In this document: positions 12,901 through 26,864 of the stretch, piece by piece
Numbering within the stretch: position 1 is the first letter of the stretch
Layout: every line of letters begins with the position of its first letter
Assembly: GCF_036321535.1 (NCBI RefSeq)
Contig: NC_087436.1
Coordinates: 992,001 to 1,056,000 of the forward strand
DNA length: 64,000 nt
Source: Camelus dromedarius
Lineage: Eukaryota
Direction of reading: 5' to 3'
Position numbers and translations under genes: made by a program
Notes under the pieces: generated by a model
The model's input: only the letters and a program-made list of their open reading frames with translations
What the model was told of the DNA's origin: nothing
Databases searched by the model: none

Positions 12901-14429
12901 CTCTGCTTTCTCAGTCTGTTTCCTAGTGCCGGTTTGAAGTTCCTGCAGTTTTCAGTGTGAAACCGCGTTGGAGCTATTACCTCCCCATATATATGTATGG
13001 AATGGAGTTTGAAACTGAAAAGAAACTTTGTGTTCCCAACAAGCTAGGTGAAGGACGGCTTTCACACGCACTTATCTATCAGAACTGAGCAAGTGGAGAG
13101 ACGTTCGTTCATTTAGCACCAAGGGAACGGGTTGCAGGAGACACTTTTTCTCTGCTTTCTCAGTCTGTTTCCTAGTGCCGGTTTGAAGTTCCTGCAGTTT
13201 TCACTGTCAAACCGAGTTGGAGCTTGTACCTCCCCATATATATGTATGGAATGGAGTTTGCAACTGAAAAGAAACTTTGTGTTCCCAACAAGATAGGTGA
13301 AGGACGGCTTTCACACACACTTATCTCTCAGAACAGAGCAAGTGGAGAGACGTTCGTTCATCTAGCACCAAGGGAACGGGTTGCAGGAGACACTTTTTCT
13401 CTGCTTTCTCAGTCTGTTTCCTAGTCCCGGTTTGAAGTTCCTGCAGTTTTCACTGTAAAACCGAGTTGGAGCTGGTACCTCCCCATATATATGTATGGAA
13501 TGGAGTTTGCAACTGAAAAGAAACTTTGTGTTCCCAACAAGCTAGTTGAAGGACGGCTTTCACACACACTTATCTCTCAGAACTGAGCAAGTGGAGAGAC
13601 GTTCGTTCATCTAGCACCAAGGGAACAGGTTGCAGGAGACACTTTTTCTCTGCTTTCTCAGTCTGTTTCCTAGTGCCAGTTTGAAGTTCCTGCAGTTTTC
13701 ACTGTAAAACCGAGTTGGAGCTAGTACCTCCCCATATATATGTATGGAATGGAGTTTGCAACTGAAAAGAAACTTTGTGTTCCCAACAAGCTAGGTGAAG
13801 GACGGCTTTCACACACACTTATCTCTAAGAACTGAGCAAGTGGAGAGACGTTCGTTCATCTAGCACCAAGGGAACGGGTTGCAGGAGACACTTTTTCTCT
13901 GCTTTCTCTGTATGTTTCCTAGTGCCGGTATGAAGTTCCTGCATTTTTCACTGTAAAATCGAGTTGGAGCTTCTACTCCCCATATATATTTATGGAATGG
14001 AGTTTGCAACTGAAAAGAAACATTGTGTTCCCAACAAGCTAGTTGAAGGACGGCTTTCACACACACTTATCTCTCAGAACTGAGCAAGTGGAGAGACGTT
14101 CGTTCATCTAGCACCAAGGGAACGGGTTGCAGGAGACACTTTTTCTCTGCTTTCTCAGTCTGTTTCCTAGTGCCGGTTTGATGTTCCTGCAGTTTTCACT
14201 GTAAAACCGAGTTGGAGCTAGTACCTCCCCATATATATGTATGGAATGGAGTTTGCAACTGAAAAGAAACTTTGTGTTCCCAACAAGCTAGGTGAAGGAC
14301 AGCTTTCACACACAGTTATCTCTCAGAAATGAGCAAGTGGAGAGACGTTCGTTCATCTAGCACCAAGGGAACGGGTTGCAGGAGACACTTTTTCTCTGCT
14401 TTCTCAGTCTGTTTCCTAGTGCCGGTTTG
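6965..14429. repeat. HOR region built on the 10-mer O-P-Q-R-S-T-U-V-W-X (about 2.49 kb), first occurrence
   Basis: The T/U signature (ctctaag, ctctgtatg, ggtatgaag, aaaatcgag, 1-bp deletion ctactcccc) occurs at ORF-track positions 9133, 11621 and 13860, with spacings of 2488 and 2239. Confidence 0.85.
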
Positions 14430-15425
14430 AAGTTCCTGCAGTTTTCACTGTCAAACAGAGTTGGAGCTAGTACCTCCCCATATATATGTATGGAATGGAG
14501 TTTGCAACTGAAAAGAAACTTTGTGTTCCCAACAAGCTAGTTGAAGGACGGCTTTCACACACACTTATCTCTCAGAACTGAGAAAGTGGAGAGACTTTCG
14601 TTCATGTAGCACCAAGGGAACGGGTTGCAGGAGACACTTTTTCTCTGCTTTCTCAGTCTGTTTCCTAGTGCCGGTTTGAAGTTCCTGCAGTTTTCACTCT
14701 CAAACCGAGTTGGAGCTAGTACCTCCCCATATATATGTATGGAATTGAGTTGGCAACTGAAAAGATACTTTGTGTCCCCAACAAGCTAGGTGAAGGACGG
14801 CTTTCACACACATTTATCTCTCAGAACTGAGCAAGTGGAGAGACGTTCTTTCATGTAGCACCAAGGGAACGGGTTGCAGGAGACACTTTTTCTATGCTTC
14901 CTCAGTCTGTTTCCTAGTGCCGGTTTGAAGTTCCTGCAGTTTTCACTGTTAAACCGAGTTGGAGCTTCTACCTCCCCATATATATGTATGGAATGGAGTT
15001 TGCAACTGAAAAGAAACTTTGTGTTCCCAACAAGCAAGGTGAAGGACGGCTTTCACACACACTTATCTCTCAGAACAGAGCAATTGGAGAGACGTTCGTT
15101 CATCTAGCACCAAGGGAACGGGTTGCAGGAGACACTTTTTCTCTGCTTTCTCAGTCTGTTTCCTAGTGCCGGTTTGAAGTTCCTGCAATTTTCACTGTCA
15201 AACCGAGTTGCAGCTAGTACCTACCCATATATATGTATGGAATGGAGTTTGCAACTGAAAAGAAACTTTGTGTTCCCAACAAGCTAGGTGAAGGACGGCT
15301 TTCACACACATTTATCTCTCAGAACTGAGCAAGTGGAGAGACGTTCGTTCATGTAGCACCAAGGGAACGGGTTGCAGGAGACACTTTTTCTCTGCTTTCT
15401 CAGTCTGTTTCCTAGTGCCGGTTTG

Positions 15426-18400
15426 AAGTTCCTGCAGTTATCACTGTCAAACCGAGTTGGAGCTAGTACCTCCCCATATATATGTATGGAATGGAGTTTG
15501 CAACTGAAAAGAAACTTTGTGTTCCCAACAAGCTAGGTGAAGGACGGCTTTCACACACACTTATCGCTCAGAACTGAGCAAGTGGAGAGACGTTCGTTCA
15601 TGTAGCACCAAGGGAACGGGTTGCAGGAGACACTTTTTCTCTGCTTCCTCAGTCTATTTCCTAGTGCCGGTTTGAAGTTCCTGCACTTTTCACTGTAAAA
15701 CCGTGTTGGAGCTTGTACCTCCCCATATATATGTATGGAATGGAGTTTGCAACTGAAAAGAAACTTTGTGTTCCCAACAAGCTAGGTGAAGGACGGCTTT
15801 CACACACACTTATCTCCCAGAACTGAGCAAGTGGAGAGACGTTCGTTCATCTAGCACCAAGGGAACGGGTTGCAGGAGACACTTTTTCTCTGCTTTCTCA
15901 GTCTGTTTCCTAGAGCCGGTTTGAAGTTCCTGCAGTTTTCACTGTAAAACCGAGTTGGAGCTTCTACCTCCCCATATATATGTATGGAATGGAGTTTGCA
16001 ACTGAAAAGAAACTTTGTGTTCCCAACAAGCAAGGTGAAGGACGGCTTACACACACACTTATTTCTCAGAACTGAGCAAGTGGAGAGACTTTCGTTCATC
16101 TAGCACCAAGGGAACGGGTTGCAAGAGACACTTTTTCTCTGCTTTCTCAGTCTTTTTCCTAGTGCCGGTTTAAATTACCTGCAGTTTTCACTGTCAAACC
16201 GAGTTGGAGCTAGTACCTCCCCATATATATGTATGGAATTGAGTTGGCAACTGAAAAGAAACTTTGTGTTCCCAACAAGCTAGGTGAAGGACGGCTTTCA
16301 CACACAATTATCTCTCAGAACTGAGCAAGTGGAGAGACGTTCTTTCATGGAGCACCAAGGGAACGTGTTGCAGGAGACACTTTTTCTCTTCTTCCTCAGT
16401 CTGTTTCCTAGTGCCGGTTTGAAGTTCCTGCAGTTTTCACTGTAAAACCGTGTTGGAGCTTGTACCTCCCCATATATATGAATGGAATGGAGTTTGCAAC
16501 TGAAAAGATACTTTGTGTTCCCAACAAGCTAGGTGAATGATGGCTTTCACACACACTTATCTCTCAGAACTGAGCAAGTGGAGAGACGTTCGTTCATCTA
16601 GCACCAAGGGAACGGGTTGCAGGAGACACTTTTTCTCAGCTTTCTCAGTCTGTTTCCTAGTGCCGGTTTGAAGTTCCTGCAGTTTTCACTGTAAAACCGA
16701 GTTGGAGCTTCTACCTCCCCATATATATGTTTGGAATGGAGTTTGCAACTTAAAAGAAACTTTGTGTTCCCAACAAGCTAGGTGAAGGACGGCTTTCACA
16801 CACACTTATCTCTCAGAACAGACCAAGTTGAGAGACGTTCGTTCATCTAGCACCAAGGGAACGGGTTGCAGGGGACACTTTTTCTCTGCTTTCTCAGTCT
16901 GTTTCCTAGAGCCGGTTTGAAGTTCCTGCAGTTTTCACTGTAAAACCGAGTTGGAGCTTCTACCTCCCCATATATATGTATGGAATGGAGTTTGCAACTG
17001 AAAAGAAACTTTGTGTTCCCAACAAGCAAGGTGAAGGACGGCTTACACACACACTTATTTCTCAGAACTGAGCAAGTGGAGAGTCTTTCGTTCATCTAGC
17101 ACCAAGGGAACGGGTTGCAAGAGACACTTTTTCTCTGCTTTCTCAGTCTTTTTCCTAGTGCCGGTTTAAATTACCTGCAGTTTTCACTGTCAAACAGAGT
17201 TGGAGCTAGTACCTCCCCATATATATGTATGGAATTGAGTTGGCAACTGAAAAGAAACTTTGTGTTCCCAACAAGCTAGGTGAAGGACGGCTTTCACACA
17301 CAATTATCTCTCAGAACTGAGCAAGTGGAGAGACGTTCTTTCATGTAGCACCAAGGGAACGTGTTGCAGGAGACACTTTTTCTCTTCTTCCTCAGTCTGT
17401 TTCCTAGTGCCGGTTTGAAGTTCCTGCAGTTTTCACTGTAAAACCGTGTTGGAGCTTGTACCCCCCCATATATATGAATGGAATGGAGTTTGCAACTGAA
17501 AAGATACTTTGTGTTCCCAACAAGCTAGGTGAATGATGGCTTTAACACACACTTATCTCTCAGAACTGAGCAAGTGGAGAGACGTTCGTTCATCTAGCAC
17601 CAAGGGAACGGTTTGCAGGAGACACTTTTTCTCAGCTTTCTCAGTCTGTTTCCTAGTGCCGGTTTGAAGTTCCTGCAGTTTTCACTGTAAAACCGAGTTG
17701 GAGCTTCTACCTCCCCATATATATGTTTGGAATGGAGTTTGCAACTTAAAAGAAACTTTGTGTTCCCAACAAGCTAGGTGAAGGACGGCTTTCACACACA
17801 CTTATCTCTCAGAACAGACCAAGTTGAGAGACGTTCGTTCATCTAGCACCAAGGGAACGGGTTGCAGGGGACACTTTTTCTCTGCTTTCTCAGTCTGTTT
17901 CCTAGTGCCGGTTTGAAGTTCCTGCAGTTTTCACTGTGAAACCGAGTTGGAGCTAGTACCTCCCCATATATATGTATGGAATGGAGTTTGCAACTGAAAA
18001 GAAACTTTGTGTTCCCAACAAGCTAGTTGAAGGTCGGCTGTCACACGCACATATCTCTCAGAACTGAGCAAGTGGAGAGACGTTCGTTCATCTAGCACCA
18101 AGGGAACGGGTTGGAGGAGACACTTTTTCTCTGCTTCCTCAGTCTGTTTCCTAGTGCCGGTTTGAAGTTCCTGCAGTTTTCACTGTAAAACCGGGTTGGA
18201 GCTTGTACCTCCCCATATATATGTATGGAATGGAGTTTGCAACTGAAAAGAAACTTTGTGTTCCCAACAAGCTAGGTGAAGGACGGCTTTCACACACAGT
18301 TATCTCTCAGAAATGAGCAAGTGGAGAGACGTTCGTTCATCTAGCACCAAGGGAACGGGTTGCAGGAGACACTTTTTCTCTGCTTTCTCAGTCTGTTTCC

Positions 18401-21400
18401 TAGTGCCGGTTTGAAGTTCCTGCAGTTTTCACTGTCAAACAGAGTTGGAGCTAGTACCTCCCCATATATATGTATGGAATGAAGTTTGCAACTGAAAAGA
18501 AACTTTGTGTTCCCAACAAGCTAGGTGAAGGACGGCTTTCACACACACTTATCTCTCAGAACAGAGCAAGTGGAGAGACGTTCGTTCATCTAGCACCAAG
18601 GGAACGGTTTGCAGGAGACACTTTTTCTCAGCTTTCTCAGTCTGTTTCCTAGTGCCGGTTTGAAGTTCCTGCAGTTTTCACTGTAAAACCGAGTTGGAGC
18701 TTCTACCTCCCCATATATATGTTTGGAATGGAGTTTGCAACTTAAAAGAAACTTTGTGTTCCCAACAAGCTAGGTGAAGGACGGCTTTCACACACACTTA
18801 TCTCTCAGAACAGACCAAGTTGAGAGACGTTCGTTCATCTAGCACCAAGGGAACGGGTTGCAGGGGACACTTTTTCTCTGCTTTCTCAGTCTGTTTCCTA
18901 GTGCCGGTTTGAAGTTCCTGCAGTTTTCACTGTGAAACCGAGTTGGAGCTAGTACCTCCCCATATATATGTATGGAATGGAGTTTGCAACTGAAAAGAAA
19001 CTTTGTGTTCCCAACAAGCTAGTTGAAGGTCGGCTGTCACACGCACATATCTCTCAGAACTGAGCAAGTGGAGAGACGTTCGTTCATCTAGCACCAAGGG
19101 AACGGGTTGGAGGAGACACTTTTTCTCTGCTTCCTCAGTCTGTTTCCTAGTGCCGGTTTGAAGTTCCTGCAGTTTTCACTGTAAAACCGGGTTGGAGCTT
19201 GTACCTCCCCATATATATGTATGGAATGGAGTTTGCAACTGAAAAGAAACTTTGTGTTCCCAACAAGCTAGGTGAAGGACGGCTTTCACACACAGTTATC
19301 TCTCAGAAATGAGCAAGTGGAGAGACGTTCGTTCATCTAGCACCAAGGGAACGGGTTGCAGGAGACACTTTTTCTCTGCTTTCTCAGTCTGTTTCCTAGT
19401 GCCGGTTTGAAGTTCCTGCAGTTTTCACTGTCAAACAGAGTTGGAGCTAGTACCTCCCCATATATATGTATGGAATGAAGTTTGCAACTGAAAAGAAACT
19501 TTGTGTTCCCAACAAGCTAGGTGAAGGACGGCTTTCACACACACTTATCTCTCAGAACAGAGCAAGTGGAGAGACGTTCGTTCATCTAGCACCAAGGGAA
19601 CGGGTTGCAGGAGATACTTTTTCTCTGCTTTCTCAGTCTGTTTCCTAGTGCCGGTTTGAAGTTCCTGCAGTTTTCACTGTCAAACCGATTTGGAGCTAGT
19701 ACCTCCCCATATATATGTATGTAATGGAGTTTGCAACTGACAAGAAAATGTGTTCAAAACAAGCTAGGTGAAGGACGGCTTTCATACGCACATATCTCTC
19801 AGAACTGAGCAAGTGGAGAGACGTTCGTTCATCTAGCACCAATGGAACGGGTTGCAGGAGACACTTTTTCTCTGCTTTCTCAGTCTGTTTCCTAGTGCCG
19901 GTTTGAAGTTCCTGCAGTTTTCACTGTAAAACCGAGTTGGAGCTTCTACCTCCCCATATATATGTATGGAATGGAGTTTGCAACTGAAAAGAAACTTTGT
20001 GTTCCCAACAAGCAAGGTGAAGGACGACTTTCACACGCACATATCTCTCAGAACTGAGCAAGTGGAGAGACGTTCGTTCATCTAGCACCAAGGGAACGGG
20101 TTGCAGGAGACACTTTTTCTCTGCTTCCTCAGTCTTTTTCCTAGTGCCGGTTTGAAGTTCCTGCAGTTTTCACTGTAAAACCGAGTTGGAGCTTCTACCT
20201 CCCCATATATATGTATGGAATGGAGTTTACAACTGAAAAGAAACTTTGTGTTCCCAACAAGCTAGGTGAAGGACGGCTTTCACACACACTTATCTCTCAG
20301 AACAGAGCAAGTGGAGAGACGTTCGTTCATCTAGCACCAAGGGAACGGGTTGCAGGAGACACTTTTTCTCTGCTTTCTCAGTCTGTTTCCTAGTGCCGGT
20401 TTGAAGTTCCTGCAGTTTTCACTGTCAAACCGATTTGGAGCTAGTACCTCCCCATATATATGTATGGAATGGAGTTTGCAACTGAAAAGAAACTTTGTGT
20501 TCCCAACAATCTAGGTGAAGGACGGCTTTCACACGCACATATCTCTCAGAACTGAGCAAGTGGAGAGACGTTCTTTCATGTAGCACCAAGGGAACGGGTT
20601 GCAGGAGACACTTTTTCTCTGCTTTCTCAGTCTGTTTCCTAGTGCCGGTTTGAAGTTCCTGCAGTTTTCACTGTCAAACCGAGTTGGAGCTAGTACCTCC
20701 CCATATATATGTATTGAATGGAGTTTGCAACTGAAAAGAAACTTTGTGTTCCCAACAACCTAGGTGAAGGACGGATTTCACACATTTATCTCTCAGAACT
20801 AAGCAAGTGGAGAGACGTTCGTTCATCTAGTACCAAGGGAATGGGTTGCAGGAGACACTTTTTCTCTGCTTTCTCAGTCTGTTTCCTAGTGCCGGTTTGA
20901 AGTTCCTGCAGTTTTCACTGTCAAACCGAGTTGGAGCTAGTACCTCCCCATATATATGTATTGAATGGAGTTTGCAACTGAAAAGAAACTTTGTGTTCCC
21001 AACAACCTAGGTGAAGGACGGATTTCACACATTTATCTCTCAGAACTAAGCAAGTGGAGAGACGTTCGTTCATCTAGTACCAAGGGAATGGGTTGCAGGA
21101 GACACTTTTTCTCTGCTTTCTCAGTCTGTTTCCTAGTGCCGGTTTGAAGTTCCTGCAGTTTTCACTGTGAAACCGCGTTGGAGCTAGTACCTCCCCATAT
21201 ATATGTATGGAATGGAGTTTGAAACTGAAAAGAAACTTTGTGTTCCCAAAAAGCTAGGTGAAGGACGGCTTTCACACGCACTTATCTCTCAGAACTGAGC
21301 AAGTGGAGAGACGTTCGTTCATCTAACACCAAGGGAACGGGTTGCAGGAGACACTTTTTCTCTGCTTTCTCAGTCTGTTTCCTAGTGCCGTTTTGAATTT

Positions 21401-24400
21401 CCTGCCATTTTCACTGTAAAACCGAGTTGGAGCTTCTACCTCCCCATATATATTTATGGAATGGAGTTTGCAACTGAAAAGAAACTTTGTGTTCCCAACA
21501 AGCTAGGTGAAGGACGGCTTTCACACGCACTTATCTATCAGAACTGAGCAAGTGGAGAGACGTTCGTTCATTTAGCACCAAGGGAACGGGTTGCAGGAGA
21601 CACTTTTTCTCTGCTTTCTCAGTCTGTTTTCTAGTGCCGGTTTGAAGTTCCTGCAGTTTTCACTGTGAAACCGCGTTGGAGCTAGTACCTCCCCATATAT
21701 ATGTATGGAATGGAGTTTGAAACTGAAAAGAAACTTTGTGTTCCCAAAAATCTAGGTGAAGGACGGCTTTCACACGCACTTATCTCTCAGAACTGAGCAA
21801 GTGGAGAGACGTTCGTTCATCTAACACCAAGGGAACGGGTTGCAGGAGACACTTTTTCTCTGCTTTCTCAGTCTGTTTCCTAGTGCCGTTTTGAAGTTCC
21901 TGCCGTTTTCACTGTAAAACCGAGTTGGAGCTTCTACCTCCCCATATATATGTATGGAATGGAGTTTGCAACTGAAAAGAAACTTTGTGTTCCCAACAAG
22001 CTAGGTGAAGGACGGCTTTCACACGCACTTATCTATCAGAACTGAGCAAGTGGAGAGACGTTCGTTCATTTAGCACCAAGGGAACGGGTTGCAGGAGACA
22101 CTTTTTCTCTGCTTTCTCAGTCTGTTTCCTAGTGCCGGTTTGAAGTTCCTGCAGTTTTCACTGTGAAACCGAGTTGGAGCTAGTACCTCCCCATATATAT
22201 GTATGGAATGGAGTTTGCAACTGAAAAGAAACTTTGTGTTCCCAACAAGCTAGTTGAAGGTCGGCTGTCAGACGCACATATCTCTCAGAACTGAGCAAGT
22301 GGAGAGACGTTCGTTCATCTAGCACCAAGGGAACGGGTTGGAGGAGACACTTTTTCTCTGCTTCCTCAGTCTGTTTCCTAGTGCCGGTTTGAAGTTCCTG
22401 CAGTTTTCACTGTAAAACCGGGTTGGAGCTTGTACCTCCCCATATATATGTATGGAATGGAGTTTACAACTGAAAAGAAACTTTGTGTTCCCAACAATCT
22501 AGGTGAAGGACGGCTTTCACACACAGTTATCTCTCAGAATTGAGCAAGTGGAGAGACGTTCGTTCATCTAGCACCAAGGGAACGGTTTGCAGGAGACACT
22601 TTTTCTCTGCTTTCTCAGTCTGTTTCCTAGTGCGGGTTTGAAGTTCCTGCAGTTTTCACTGTCAAACAGAGTTGGAGCTAGTACCTCCCCATATATATGT
22701 ATGGAATGAAGTTTGCAACTGAAAAGAAACTTTGTGTTCCCAACAAGCTAGGTGAAGGACGGCTTTCACACACACTTATCTCTCAGAACAGAGCAAGTGG
22801 AGAGACGTTCGTTCATCTAGCACCAAGGGAACGGGTTGCAGGAGACACTTTTTCTCTGCTTTCTCAGTCTGTTTCCTAGTGCCGGTTTGAAGTTCCTGCA
22901 GTTTTCACTGTCAAACCGATTTGGAGCTAGTACCTCCCCATATATATGTATGGAATGGAGTTTGCAACTGAAAAGAAACTTTGTGTTCCCAACAATCTAG
23001 GTGAAGGACGGCTTTCACACGCACATATCTCTCAGAACTGAGCAAGTGGAGAGACGTTCTTTCATGTAGCACCAAGGGAACGGTTTGCAGGAGACACTTT
23101 TTCTCTGCTTTCTCAGTCTGTTTCCTAGAGCCGGTTTGAAGTTCCTGCAGTTTTCACTGTCAAACCGAGTTGGAGCTAGTACCTCCCCATATATATGTAT
23201 TGAATGGAGTTTGCAACTGAAAAGAAACTTTGTGTTCCCAACAACCTAGGTGAAGGACGGATTTCACACATTTATCTCTCAGAACTAAGCAAGTGGAGAG
23301 ACGTTCGTTCATCTAGTACCAAGGGAATGGGTTGCAGGAGACACTTTTTCTCTGCTTTCTCAGTCTGTTTCCTAGTGCCGGTTTGAAGTTCCTGCAGTTT
23401 TCACTGTGAAACCGCGTTGGAGCTAGTACCTCCCCATATATATGTATGGAATGGAGTTTGCAACTGAAAAGAAACTTTGTGTTCCCAACAATCTAGGTGA
23501 AGGACGGCTTTCACACGCACATATCTCTCAGAACTGAGGAAGTGGAGAGACGTTCTTTCATGTAGCACCAAGGGAACGGGTTGCAGGAGACACTTTTTCT
23601 CTGCTTTCTCAGTCTGTTTCCTAGAGCCGGTTTGAAGTTCCTGCAGTTTTCACTGTCAAACCGAGTTGGAGCTAGTACCTCCCCATATATATGTATTGAA
23701 TGGAGTTTGCAACTGAAAAGAAACTTTGTGTTCCCAACAACCTAGGTGAAGGACGGATTTCACACATTTATCTCTCAGAACTAAGCAAGTGGAGAGACGT
23801 TCGTTCATCTAGTACCAAGGGAATGGGTTGCAGGAGACACTTTTTCTCTGCTTTCTCAGTCTGTTTCCTAGTGCCGGTTTGAAGTTCCTGCAGTTTTCAC
23901 TGTCAAACCGAGTTGGAGCTAGTACCTCCCCATATATATGTATTGAATGGAGTTTGCAACTGAAAAGAAACTTTGTGTTCCCAACAACCTAGGTGAAGGA
24001 CGGATTTCACACATTTATCTCTCAGAACTAAGCAAGTGGAGAGACGTTCGTTCATCTAGTACCAAGGGAATGGGTTGCAGGAGACACTTTTTCTCTGCTT
24101 TCTCAGTCTGTTTCCTAGTGCCGGTTTGAAGTTCCTGCAGTTTTCACTGTGAAACCGCGTTGGAGCTAGTACCTCCCCATATATATGTATGGAATGGAGT
24201 TGGAAACTGAAAAGAAACTTTGTGTTCCCAAAAAGCTAGGTGAAGGACGGCTTTCACACGCACTTATCTCTCAGAACTAAGCAAGTGGAGAGACGTTCGT
24301 TCATCTAACACCAAGGGAACGGGTTGCAGGAGACACTTTTTCTCTGCTTTCTCAGTCTGTTTCCTAGTGCCGGTTTGAAGTTCCTGCCGTTTTCACTGTA

Positions 24401-26864
24401 AAACCGAGTTGGAGCTTCTACCTCCCCATATATATGTATGGAATGGAGTTTGCAACTGAAAAGAAACTTTGTGTTCCCAACAAGCTAGGTGAAGGACGGC
24501 TTTCACACGCACTTATCTATCAGAACTGAGCAAGTGGAGAGACGTTCGTTCATCTAACACCAAGGGAACGGGTTGCAGGAGACATTTTTTTCTCTGCTTT
24601 CTCAGTCTGTTTCCTAGTGCCGTTTTGAAGTTCCTGCCGTTTTCACTGTAAAACCGAGTTGGAGCTTCTACCTCCCCATATATATGTATGGAATGGAGTT
24701 TGCAACTGAAAAGAAACTTTGTGTTCCCAACAAGCTAGGTGAAGGACGGCTTTCACACGCACTTATCTATCAGAACTGAGCAAGTGGAGAGACGTTCGTT
24801 CATTTAGCACCAAGGGAACGGGTTGCAGGAGACACTTTTTCTCTGCTTTCTCAGTCTGTTTCCTAGTGCCGGTTTGAAGTTCCTGCAGTTTTCACTGTGA
24901 AACCGAGTTGGAGCTAGTACCTCCCCATATATATGTATGGAATGGAGTTTGCAACTGAAAAGAATCTTTGTGTTCCCAACAAGCTAGTTGAAGGTCGGCT
25001 GTCACACGCACATATCTCTCAGAACTGAGCAAGTGGAGAGACGTTCGTTCATCTAGCACCAAGGGAACGGGTTGGAGGAGACACTTTTTCTCTGCTTCCT
25101 CAGTCTGTTTCCTAGTGCCGGTTTGAAGTTCCTGCAGTTTTCACTGTAAAACCGGGTTGGAGCTTGTACCTCCCCATATATATGTATGGAATGGAGTTTG
25201 CAACTGAAAAGAAACTTTGTGTTCCCAACAAGCTAGGTGAAGGACGGCTTTCACACACAGTTATCTCTCAGAAATGAGCAAGTGGAGAGACGTTCGTTCA
25301 TCTAGCACCAAGGGAACGGTTTGCAGGAGACACTTTTTCTCTGCTTTCTCAGTCTGTTTCCTAGTGCCGGTTTGAAGTTCCTGCAGTTTTCACTGTCAAA
25401 CAGAGTTGGAGCTAGTACCTCCCCATATATATGTATGGAATGAAGTTTGCAACTGAAAAGAAACTTTGTGTTCCCATCAAGCTAGGTGAAGGACGGCTTT
25501 CACACACACTTATCTCTCAGAACAGAGCAAGTGGAGAGACGTTCGTTCATCTAGCACCAAGGGAACGGGTTGCAGGAGACACTTTTTCTCTGCTTTCTCA
25601 GTCTGTTTCCTAGTGCCGGTTTGAAGTTCCTGCAGTTTTCACTGTCAAACCGATTTGGAGCTAGTACCTCCCCATATATATGTATGGAATGGAGTTTGCA
25701 ACTGAAAAGAAACTTTGTGTTCCCAACAATCTAGGTGAAGGACGGCTTTCACACGCACATATCTCTCAGAACTGAGCAAGTGGAGAGACGTTCTTTCATG
25801 TAGCACCAAGGGAACGGGTTGCAGGAGACACTTTTTCTCTGCTTTCTCAGTCTGTTTCCTAGTGCCGGTTTGAAGTTCCTGCAGATTTCACTGTCAAACC
25901 GAGTTGGAGCTAGTACCTCCCCATATATATGTATTGAATGGAGTTTGCAACTGAAAAGAAACTTTGTGTTCCCAACAACCTAGGTGAAGGACGGATTTCA
26001 CACATTTATCTCTCAGAACTAAGCAAGTGGAGAGACGTTCGTTCATCTAGTACCAAGGGAATGGGTTGCAGGAGACACTTTTTCTCTGCTTTCTCAGTCT
26101 GTTTCCTAGTGCCGGTTTGAAGTTCCTGCAGTTTTCACTGTCAAACCGAGTTGGAGCTAGTACCTCCCCATATATATGTATTGAATGGAGTTTGCAACTG
26201 AAAAGAAACTTTGTGTTCCCAACAACCTAGGTGAAGGACGGATTTCACACATTTATCTCTCAGAACTAAGCAAGTGGAGAGACGTTCGTTCATCTAGTAC
26301 CAAGGGAATGGGTTGCAGGAGACACTTTTTCTCTGCTTTCTCAGTCTGTTTCCTAGTGCCGGTTTGAAGTTCCTGCAGTTTTCACTGTGAAACCGCGTTG
26401 GAGCTAGTACCTCCCCATATATATGTATGGAATGGAGTTGGAAACTGAAAAGAAACTTTGTGTTCCCAAAAAGCTAGGTGAAGGGCGGCTTTCACACGCA
26501 CTTATCTCTCAGAACTGAGCAAGTGGAGAGACGTTCGTTCATCTAACACCAAGGGAACGGGTTGCAGGAGACACTTTTTCTCTGCTTTCTCAGTCTGTTT
26601 CCTAGTGCCGTTTTGAAGTTCCTGCCGTTTTCACTGTAAAACCGAGTTGGAGCTTCTACCTCCCCATATATATGTATGGAATGGAGTTTGCAACTGAAAA
26701 GAAACTTTGTGTTCCCAACAAGCTAGGTGAAGGACGGCTTTCACACGCACTTATCTATCAGAACTGAGCAAGTGGAGAGACGTTCGTTCATTTAGCACCA
26801 AGGGAACGGGTTGCAGGAGACACTTTTTCTCTGCTTTCTCAGTCTGTTTCCTAGTGCCGGTTTG
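15426..26864. repeat. Second, internally expanded copy of the A-O variant domain
   Basis: Same variant order E-F-G-H-I-A-B-C-D-J-K-L-M-N-N-O. Constant offset of 15674 for 4159/19833, 4537/20211, 5044/20718 and 5291/20965. Confidence 0.85.
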
